39,499 bases of DNA from Pseudonocardiaceae bacterium. Lineage in GTDB: Bacteria > Actinomycetota > Actinomycetes > Mycobacteriales > Pseudonocardiaceae. Location of the stretch: NCBI GenBank assembly GCA_050699835.1, contig JBOHFW010000055.1, forward strand, positions 1 to 39,499, in the 5' to 3' direction. Numbering within the stretch: the stretch's first letter is position 1; each line of letters opens with the position of its first letter. Below are positions 19,563 through 26,264 of this stretch, piece after piece. The notes under the pieces are model-generated. The model worked only from the letters and a program-made list of their open reading frames with translations, ran no database searches and had not been told where the DNA came from. The translations under genes were made by a program, and so were the position numbers.

Positions 19563-20021
19563 ATGCCGCTGGAGGTCGGGGACCAGGCACCGGATTTCAC
19601 TCTGAAGGATCAGAACAACCAGGAGTGGACGCTGTCGGAGTTGCGCGGTGACCGCACCGTGCTCGTGGTGTTCTACCCGTTCGCCTTCACTGGGATCTGT
19701 ACCGGTGAGCTGGACCAGCTGCGTGACGATCGGGCGGAGTTCGCCGACGTGCAGGTACTGGCGGTTTCAGTGGACTCGGTGTTCACCCTTCGGACTTGGT
19801 CCGATCAGCGGGGTTATGATTTCCCCCTGCTCTCCGACTTCTGGCCACACGGCAAGGTTGCACAGGACTACGGCGTGTTCGACGACAAGGTTGGTGTGGC
19901 CAACCGGGGTACCTTCCTGGTGGATACCGACGGCGTGATCCGTTTCGCCGAGATGAAAGGCCCAGGTGAAGCTCGTGACCAGACCGTCTGGAGGCAGGCC
20001 CTGGCCGCGCTGCCAACCTAG
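19563..20021 (+). CDS. ahpE: Peroxiredoxin, AhpE-like
   Basis: VGDQAPDFTLKDQ..., peroxidatic Cys box FYPFAFTGICTGEL, 152 aa. Synteny with Rv2238c. Confidence 0.85.
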   Translation: MPLEVGDQAPDFTLKDQNNQEWTLSELRGDRTVLVVFYPFAFTGICTGELDQLRDDRAEFADVQVLAVSVDSVFTLRTWSDQRGYDFPLLSDFWPHGKVAQDYGVFDDKVGVANRGTFLVDTDGVIRFAEMKGPGEARDQTVWRQALAALPT

Positions 20022-20029
20022 GTAGCGTC

Positions 20030-20104
20030 GGGCGCATAGCTCAGTGGAGGAGCGCTCGCCTTACAAGCGAGAGGTCGCAGGTTCGACCCCTGCTGCGCCC
20101 ACCA
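20030..20104 (+). tRNA. tRNA-Val (anticodon TAC), CCA encoded
   Basis: Hand-folded cloverleaf. Acceptor GGGCGCA/TGCGCCC; D stem GCTC/GAGC; anticodon stem CTCGC/GCGAG with loop CTTACAA; T arm GCAGG-TTCGACC-CCTGC; discriminator A plus CCA. Confidence 0.9.
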
Positions 20105-21293
20105 CTCTGACCAGCTATTATGTGGTCGGCGGTTGGGACTTTCTCGCGGGGCGACACCACACGTGACACAAATCGGCTGCGATGCGGCCTCGTGGCACGC
20201 GCACGCGACGGGTCGCCGGGGCACGAACGAGGTATCGACACGCTGCCCAGCGGCGCACTGCGAGTCCGCGTCTACGCCGGCATCGACCCGGTCAGCAAAC
20301 GCCGTCACTACCTCACCGACGTCATCCCCGCGGGGCCCACGGCAGCCCAGATGGCCCGCAGCGCCCGGGACCGGCCCAGGAGGTCGAAGAACGGCGAAAC
20401 CCCCGCACCGCGGCCACCCTCACTCAACTCCTCGAGCGCTACCTCGACCAATTCGACGGGGCGCCACGAACACTGGAGCTCTACCGCAGTTACGTGCGCA
20501 CGCACATCGGCCCGCTCATCGGCGAGGTGAAAGTCGCCGCGCTGGACGCGGAGATCCTCGACTCCTACGCGGAGCTGCGGCGCTGCCGGGACCACTGCAC
20601 AGCAGGCCGGCGCGGCCAGCTACAACACCGCACACCCGGCAAGCACCAGTGCGACAGGCGGTGCCGCCCGCACACCTGCCGGCCGCTGGGCGCGACCACC
20701 ATCCGCCACATGCACTTCATCCTCTCCGGTGCCTACCGGCGCGCGGTGCGGTGGCGATGGGTCAGCGTCAGCCCGCTCACCCAGGCCACGCCACCGGCCG
20801 CGCCGACCCCGAACCCGAAACCGCCCAGCGCCGCGGACGCGGCGCGGATCGTGAACCACGCCTGGCGGGACCCGGACTGGGGCACCCTGGTCTGGGTCGC
20901 CATGACGACAGGGGCGCGACGGGGCGAGTTGTGCGCACTGCGCTGGTCACACGTCGAGCTGGACCCCGAAAAAGCGGTGCTCTGGCTACGCCGGGCGATC
21001 AGCCACACCACCGAGGGCTGGATCGAGAGCGACCTCAAGACTCACCAGCAGCGCCGGGTCGCGCTGGACCCCGAGACCCTCGCCGTGCTCACCGAACACC
21101 GCGAACGCTGCCAGGCCCGCGCCGCCACGCTCGGACTCGACCTCCACCAGGACGCCTTCGTCTTCTCACCCGAACCGGACGGCGGCAGGTTCCTGGCCCC
21201 TAGCTCGCTCACACAGCGATACGACCGGCTCGCCGAACGCCTCGAGCTGGACACCACCTTCCACAAACTCCGGCACTACTCCGCCACCGAGCT

Positions 21294-21630
21294 CAAAGTG
21301 AGCGGAGTTGCGTTGGGCGCATCATTCGGCAAGATCCGTGAACCGCTCCTGCCTGCGACGTCGCCGTTCGGACTGAATCAGGGTCGGCTGGTGGAGGCCT
21401 AGTCACACAGGTCCTGACCAGGCAATAGATCCTGTTGTTGCATTGAACGTCACGATGTTGCACCCGATTCGGTGGCATCCTGCGCCGGATAGTTGCATCA
21501 GATGCAATCGACAAGATCGGCTGCCGCGTCGCTTCCGCTCCTCAGCGCGCTGCGCGCGCCTGCGGTGCGGGTCGACTTGCCATCGAGCCAGGGGAGGCAT
21601 TCGCGTGGTTGGAACATTGCTCTCTACCAG
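21294..21630 (+). other. About 337-bp non-coding insertion splitting the integrase catalytic domain (nature unknown)
   Basis: Deleting 21294-21630 joins ..HYSATE-L(ct|t)-FTAGVDIRTVAGRLGH.. in frame with canonical spacing. The length is 3n+1, matching the frame offset between the two halves. The insert has stops in all frames; boundaries are good to a few nt only. Confidence 0.4.
21493..21507. promoter_or_regulatory. Perfect palindrome TTGCATC-A-GATGCAA inside the integrase insertion
   Basis: Read directly. Two further GTTGCA words lie at about 21436-21441 and 21456-21461. Function unknown. Confidence 0.2.
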
Positions 21631-22337
21631 TTTCACGGCCGGCGTGGACATCCGCACCGTGGCCGGCCGGCTCGGCCACGCCGGCGGAGGCAGCACCACC
21701 CTCAAGGCCTACACCGCCTGGGTATCCGAAGCCGACCAACGAGCAGCGAAGACCATCAGCGGCCGAATGCCGCCACTGCCCACCCAACCCGACCCCGTCG
21801 ACCGAGCCAAAACCGACCCACACAGCCCCTACCAGCGCATCGCCGCGCGGCTGCGGCATGACATCCTCACCGGAACCCTCACCGACGGCGACCACCCGCC
21901 CTCAGCGAAACACCTCGCCACCCAGCACAACGTCTCGCCCGCCACCGCGCATCGCGCACTGACCCTGCTCAAGACATGGGGATTGATCACATCCAGCCAC
22001 AGCCAGCGGGCGACAGTGACCCGACCGGCGCAGCCCGAACCCCAACCCCACGACACCCACACAGCAACCAGCCAACCAGCCGATACAGACACCGACGCAG
22101 GCCGAGAACTTCTCCACCTCGACGTGCGGTGGCGGGGCACCACCATCAAGAAACTCACCACGGAAGCCAACCCCACAAACCCCACCGAACTCCGCCGGCC
22201 CCTCACCGACGCCATCCGCCGCCACGGACACGACGAATCCCACATCGGCGACTACGAAATGGACATCCGCGACCCCGGCACCCACCATCTCCTCACCACA
22301 TTTGTCACCACCACACCGCCCGCTGAGCCGCGGGGGT

Positions 22338-23483
22338 TCACGCCGTGAGGGTGAAGGCGTCACGCACGACGGTGCTTGGGTCGTCTAGCCACACCGTCTG
22401 GGTGTCGGTGGTCATGGTCATCCCGAAGCGGGTGAGGCCGGGTTTGCCGTGTTCGTACCACCAGTCGTAGGCGGCTACGGCTTCGTCCCACAGCCGGCGT
22501 GGGCCGAGTTGGTGGACGACGAGTGGGTTCGGTGAGGTGAGGTGAGCATCCAGCCGGGCCCATGACTTGGTGGTGATGTCGTCGAGCTCCAGGACGTGGT
22601 GGTCTTCGCCGAACTTGTTCAGTTCGACGGTGAGGGCGCAGCGGGGAACCTGAAGTCCGATAGAAAACCCGGCCTGATCGCTGTTGATCATGCGGAAGAA
22701 ATCCCATCCGTGCACATCGGTGGTCGTTACCTGCGCCTGCTCGATGTCGGTCCGCTCAGGTTCGTAGAACCGGCGTTGGTGGGCGCGTAGCCGCATGAAC
22801 GCCAGATCCCCCTCGAAGCGGCCGGTGGCGCTGTGATCGGTGATCACGCGCAGGGTCAGCATGACGCCATTGCAGTAGTCGGTTCCCCATGGTGTGACGA
22901 TGAGACCATCGGGCCGGGTTTGCGCCAGCCAGGCCTTGGGGACACTCTCGCGGACTGAGGCGGTCGCCACCACCCGGTCGTAAGGCGCCCCGTCCGAGTA
23001 CCCTTCCACCCCATCTCCAGTGACCACCAGCGGTGAATACCCAGCGGCAGCCAGCGCCGCTCGCGCGTCGTCGGCGATCACCGGATCGACCTCAATGCTC
23101 ACCACCCGGCCTCGCATCCCCACTCGCCGGCACAACAGCGCGGCGTTCCACCCAGTGCCTGTGCCGATCTCGAGCACCGAATGTCCGGGGCGTAAGTCCA
23201 GCGCATCGAGCATGCCGGCCACGATCGAGGGCTTGCTACACGAGCTGGACGGTGACCAGCCGATATCACCGGCCGCGGTGCGACCCTCATCGACCTGAGT
23301 GATCACAGGCTCGTTCGCCGAGACCAACTCCCGCCAGCGTCGCGGATGATCGTGTTTGGACAGCGCGGTGAACCCAGGCCGTGAATGAGCAGCGACGATA
23401 TCAAGCCAGATGGTCTCGGGAATAAACGGTTCCCGGGGCACCTGCGCGATCAACTCACGCCAATCGGTACGGGTTGCCACCAC
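22338..23483 (-). CDS. Protein-L-isoaspartate O-methyltransferase (PIMT) homologue with a ~170-aa C-terminal extension (RiPP-associated type)
   Basis: N-terminus ..DWRELIAQVPREPFIPETIW.., SAM box VLEIGTGTGWNAALL, VVSIEVDPVIADDARAAL, VTGDGVEGY...YDRVVATASV, then a non-PIMT C-terminal domain. GTG start at 23483, 6 nt after the stop of the small peptide ORF. Confidence 0.8.
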   Translation of the reverse strand: MVATRTDWRELIAQVPREPFIPETIWLDIVAAHSRPGFTALSKHDHPRRWRELVSANEPVITQVDEGRTAAGDIGWSPSSSCSKPSIVAGMLDALDLRPGHSVLEIGTGTGWNAALLCRRVGMRGRVVSIEVDPVIADDARAALAAAGYSPLVVTGDGVEGYSDGAPYDRVVATASVRESVPKAWLAQTRPDGLIVTPWGTDYCNGVMLTLRVITDHSATGRFEGDLAFMRLRAHQRRFYEPERTDIEQAQVTTTDVHGWDFFRMINSDQAGFSIGLQVPRCALTVELNKFGEDHHVLELDDITTKSWARLDAHLTSPNPLVVHQLGPRRLWDEAVAAYDWWYEHGKPGLTRFGMTMTTDTQTVWLDDPSTVVRDAFTLTA

Positions 23484-23489
23484 GATTCC

Positions 23490-23633
23490 CTAGTCGTCCC
23501 TCTTCTCCGGCTCATCCCTCTCATGCCTGCCGCGACCGTAATCCTTGGGCTTCTCCGTCTTATCCGGCTGGTAGACACCCTGACCATCGCGGTCACCATC
23601 ATGCTTGTTCGGCTTGCTGTCCTGACCCAACAC
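23490..23633 (-). CDS. Unannotated 47-aa highly charged peptide (candidate methyltransferase substrate/RiPP precursor)
   Basis: Not in the ORF track (under 60 aa). GTG 23633 to TAG 23490-23492: MLGQDSKPNKHDGDRDGQGVYQPDKTEKPKDYGRGRHERDEPEKRDD. GAGGGGA lies 4 nt upstream, and an in-frame TGA three codons upstream fixes the start. 35 of 47 third positions are G/C and none is A. Tightly coupled to the downstream methyltransferase. Confidence 0.55.
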   Translation of the reverse strand: MLGQDSKPNKHDGDRDGQGVYQPDKTEKPKDYGRGRHERDEPEKRDD

Positions 23634-23649
23634 CGCATCCCCTCATGAT

Positions 23650-23663
23650 GGCCACTAGTGGCC
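23650..23663. promoter_or_regulatory. Perfect 14-bp palindrome GGCCACTAGTGGCC upstream of the peptide ORF (candidate operator)
   Basis: Read directly. Lies 16 nt upstream of the peptide GTG on the minus strand. Confidence 0.3.
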
Positions 23664-23982
23664 CCACCCGTCGCTATGGCCACAGTACGAGCCCTCCGCG
23701 CCACCACGGCATCCAGCGGGGCGGTCTCAAACAGGAGCCACGGAGGCCGAGTCGGCGGGTGAGGTCGTCGATGGCGGCGGCGAGTACCGTGGGCCGTGGC
23801 GGACGGTATAGGCGTCGAGGGTCGCCAAGGGAGAGGTTGACGACTCGGGCCAACGTCCGCGGCGTGGCGTAAGGAGAGTCGTGAACGGATCAACCCGACT
23901 GCTCATGTCGTCCACGACCGCTGGATACTCTGCGAAAAACCGTCTTCGAGGTCCTCGGCGGGGGGCTGGCAGCACCGTTGCA

Positions 23983-24138
23983 TCAGCGACTCCGCGCTCG
24001 ACCAAATGGCAACCGACGCACGATCACTACCCGCCTGGGCTCATCCACGACGGCGTAGTAGATGAACCCGTAGTTCGTTGGTCCGTAGCAACTATGCCAG
24101 GACACTAACGCTAACGATCTTGTTTTGGTCTTGATCAC
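23983..24138 (-). pseudogene. RelE/ParE-like toxin C-terminal fragment (weak)
   Basis: Small minus-strand ORF, not in the track: ..NYGFIYYAVVDEPRRVVIVRRLPFGRARSR* resembles the C-terminal beta-strands of RelE/ParE toxins (YR.iY.v.d....v.v..v.hR). At 51 aa from GTG 24138 it is too short for a full toxin. No partner antitoxin recognised. Confidence 0.3.
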
Positions 24139-24282
24139 TATAGAGACTTATTCGGCAACGCAAGTTTGGAACAAGGTGTGTCCCAACCCCCTCTACGGTG
24201 CTCTCAGGGGTGAGCTGAGCGGCTCGTCAACGATGACGGTGCCCCCGGAGGGTACCGGCCCGCTCCGGACGCGCGCCACAGG

Positions 24283-24643
24283 TCACTCTGGTTGGCTTAC
24301 GGTCACAGGGACCCTGCGATTGTCAGGGCCGTAAGCAGTGGTCGACGAATCAGCCATGAGCAGATGGTCTCCTTGAGTGGAACCGGCCGGCCACCAGGAG
24401 TCGATGTCGGGGGCCAACGGCTTCAACCGGTGACCGGCCGGGATCTTGGGGGGACGGAAGCTCGAAGTAGGTACTGGCCCGCAGCGCGGTGCACGCCTCG
24501 CAGCAGCAGCCGCGTTCCCCGGACGCCGACTCACACCAGTCGCAGCGGCACCCCTTGTGCCACCGCGAGAGCAGCCCATGGCCGATCAGGTCACTGTCGG
24601 GCTGCTTGGCCTTACCCGGCGGGGTGATGGTCCTGGTCGTCAT
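24283..24643 (-). pseudogene. Small Cys-rich protein (HG..W.KGCRCDWC motif), frameshifted at a G/C homopolymer
   Basis: ATG 24643: MTTRTITPPGKAKQPDSDLIGHGLLSRWHKGCRCDWCESASGERGCCCEACTALRASTYF (GC3 about 90%). After the C6 run (24448-24453 on +), coding-like GC3 moves to the frame of ORF 24283-24579 (..KIPAGHRLKPLAPDIDSWWPAGSTQGD..). The G.RC..C motif is common in actinobacterial mobile-element small proteins (from memory). Confidence 0.5.
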
Positions 24644-24669
24644 GCCGGCGGAGGAACCTGGCACGGCGG

Positions 24670-24885
24670 TCACTTGGCAGCCGCCAGCATCGCCTTCGCC
24701 ACCTCGACGGCCTCGGCACGCGTGAGGATCGTCGCGGTGCCCATCGTGGCGTCCAGCGTCACCACCACCCGGCGCTGAACGACGCCGCCCACCAGGTCCG
24801 TCTCCTGCCATAGGATGATGGTGCGGCTCCGGCCCTCTGGATCTTGAGCGGTGAGGGCAAATCGGTGCGACTGGTCGGCGGTCAT
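24670..24885 (-). CDS. Hypothetical 71-aa protein
   Basis: MTADQSHRFALTAQDPEGRSRTIILWQETDLVGGVVQRRVVVTLDATMGTATILTRAEAVEVAKAMLAAAK. Its ATG overlaps the upstream stop as ATGA (24882-24885). Confidence 0.6.
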   Translation of the reverse strand: MTADQSHRFALTAQDPEGRSRTIILWQETDLVGGVVQRRVVVTLDATMGTATILTRAEAVEVAKAMLAAAK

Positions 24886-25205
24886 CGCGTCCTCGTCTCT
24901 CTCAGGTCCCCGGTTTCCACGCAGAGGCTGAACAGCACCAGGTGCACCCGGCACCACGCAGCGCACGGCCACCGGCGACGACACCACCACCGTTTCGGGC
25001 ACGCCGGGCAACGCCCGTACCGCGGTGGTTGATGCGGCAACAGCACCGCGCGCAGCGCATCGACCAGTGTCGGGTCGTTGCCGGCGCGTTCCAGCTCACC
25101 GAGGCGACCCCATACTGCGCCGACAGGGTTGCCGTGCTTAGGCAGACCAGCCAGGAACCGTTGCGTGGTTTCTGGCTGGTCGTCGTCGCGTTGCCGGATC
25201 GTCAT
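24882..25205 (-). CDS. Hypothetical 107-aa protein with a GRCPACP...WPC motif
   Basis: MTIRQRDDDQPETTQRFLAGLPKHGNPVGAVWGRLGELERAGNDPTLVDALRAVLLPHQPPRYGRCPACPKRWWCRRRWPCAAW... Its ATG 25205 overlaps a TGA (25202-25204) that ends the upstream coding frame. Confidence 0.6.
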   Translation of the reverse strand: MTIRQRDDDQPETTQRFLAGLPKHGNPVGAVWGRLGELERAGNDPTLVDALRAVLLPHQPPRYGRCPACPKRWWCRRRWPCAAWCRVHLVLFSLCVETGDLRETRTR

Positions 25206-25847
25206 CGCCCGGGGTTGGGGTTGGCTAGCGTCTGGATCGCCCGCCTTCGCTTCAACAGCTCTGCGACGAGGGTGTCGTTTGCTGCGTTGCGACCGCGGTC
25301 CGCGTTGTCCAGGAACAGCTTGACTAGCGCCTCCCCCGGGGTCAGAGGAGACACTGCGGGGAGAGCGCGTCGCGGGTACGTCGGCGGGGGCGTTGGTCAC
25401 GGTTGACGAGAATGAACGCCGGTTTTCCTCGCTCCAGACCTGAGCGTTGGCCTCCTCCAGGCGCATGAGCAGCTGTTCTCGGAGCAGTGGATGAGGCGAG
25501 AGGTGCGCAAGCGAGGGCACCACCATGTGATGTACCTGCGTCCGCTTCAGTTCATCTGTCAGTTGGTAGAACATGCCGTAGTACTCCGGCTGGTACTCAG
25601 AGAAGATCGCGGTGAGGCATAAGCTCTCCGCCTCGGCAAGCTTGTGAAGACCACATTCCAGCTGCTGAACGTCGTCATCGTCCAGGTCTTCAGTGACCCG
25701 TAGGTAGCCATAAGCCAGGGGTTTCCTGTTCCTCCGTGCAGCTTTACGTTGGCAGGCCGGATCGGCGATGGGTTCGGAGTGACCAGTGACCAGCAGGCGT
25801 GCCGGCCTGGCCAGCGGGGAAGACGGAGAGGCAGCGCGCATGGTCAT
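25202..25847 (-). pseudogene. Resolvase-N-terminal-like protein lacking the catalytic Ser, frameshifted near 25332-25341
   Basis: ATG 25847: ..RKPLAYGYLRVTEDLDDDDVQQLECGLHKLAEAESLCLTAIFSE..VVPSLAHLS..LLMRLEEANAQVW mimics a serine-recombinase N-domain but has RVT instead of RVS. Past the CCCCGGGGG run the high-GC3 frame (about 80% vs 48%) switches to ..EALVKLFLDNADRGRNAANDTLVAELLKRRRAIQTLANPNPGR*. Alternatively the tail is a separate 50-aa gene from GTG 25354. Confidence 0.5.
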
Positions 25848-26041
25848 CGGGCCCGCCTCAGAATGGCTTCGGCCAGGGTGGTCATGTCCGCTGCTGTCAA
25901 CCGCACGCCGGGGTTGTCCAGTCCATGAATCGTCCAGGTGCCATCGTGCTCGTGGATCATGACTATGGTGCACTGGCTGCCATCGTCGGTGCGATGGCCT
26001 TTTGCTGTGAGACGGGCGCGTTTCGTTGGGTACGTGGTCGG
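25844..26041 (-). pseudogene. Small hypothetical gene with unclear start (in-frame stops upstream)
   Basis: Best-GC3 frame reads PTTYPTKRARLTAKGHRTDDGSQCTIVMIHEHDGTWTIHGLDNPGVRLTAADMTTLAEAILRRAR*, ending in ATGA overlap with the next gene. The only canonical start inside is ATG 25960 (38 aa). The same frame upstream reads MTTEAGARP*SR*. Confidence 0.35.
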
Positions 26042-26218
26042 TTACCTCGATCACGGTCTGGCCCCTGCTTCGGTCGTCATGCTCCAGATGGACGGCACCA
26101 GAGCCGGGGAATACCGGACTGGTGGAAGCGGGGCAGGCGTCCTGTGAAGGACGGCACACCAGCTCAGGGTTCAGCCCGGCCCTGGGGCCAGGGCAAGGAC
26201 GCTAAGGCAGAGGCGAGC

Positions 26219-26249
26219 GGACAACCCGAACTGACAGCTCGGGTTGTCC
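26219..26249. terminator. Strong hairpin after the XRE regulator gene
   Basis: Perfect 11-bp inverted repeat GGACAACCCGA (26219-26229) / TCGGGTTGTCC (26239-26249) with a 9-nt loop, beginning about 15 nt past the TAA of the minus-strand regulator. A T-rich tract follows on the + strand (tggtttcttt). Confidence 0.55.
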
Positions 26250-26264
26250 CGCAGTCTGGTTTCT

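Larger units (their letters stand above)
20192..22348 (+). pseudogene. Tyrosine recombinase/integrase with a C-terminal GntR-like wHTH extension; disrupted by a frameshift (about 20372) and a ~337-bp insertion (21294-21630)
   Basis: Frame of ORF 20120: ..RGIDTLPSGALRVRVYAGIDPVSKRRHYLTDVIPAGPTAAQMA.. (typical integrase N-terminus). It continues one frame over in ORF 20182 as ..EVEERRNPRTAATLTQLLERYL..TTGARRGELCALRW..HKLRHYSATEL. The rest of the catalytic domain (AGVDIRTVAGRLGHAGGGSTTLKAYTAW, with the Tyr nucleophile) lies in ORF 21443-22348, followed by YQRIAARLRHDILTGTL..AKHLATQHNVSPATAHRALTLLKTWGLI (GntR-type HTH). Confidence 0.75.

Noticed and set aside
18613-19600. 325-aa and 214-aa minus-strand ORFs over the aceE 5' end, DUF3052 and the ahpE start
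   Set aside because: Both are antisense or overlapping to recognisable genes, with Ser/Pro/Arg-rich translations and no motifs.
20133-21203. 356-aa + ORF in the integrase region
   Set aside because: This is the third frame of the integrase gene, Pro/Arg/Gly-rich. The integrase similarity lies in the other two frames (20120 and 20182).
21294-21630. Calling the integrase insertion a group I or group II intron
   Set aside because: The boundaries can be chosen to give a U before and a G at the end, but there is freedom of several nt. I found no P1/IGS pairing and no GUGYG...AY group II ends, and 337 nt is too short for group II. Kept only as an open question in the findings.
24295-24336. Hairpin GCTTACGGTC...GGCCGTAAGC as an independent regulatory element
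   Set aside because: It lies inside the probable 3' end of the frameshifted small gene and is probably just its terminator. No further evidence.
24882-26159. 425-aa minus-strand ORF
   Set aside because: It is a composite read-through. GC3 analysis and ATGA-overlapping stops in neighbouring frames show it covers at least three separate small genes plus frameshifted segments.
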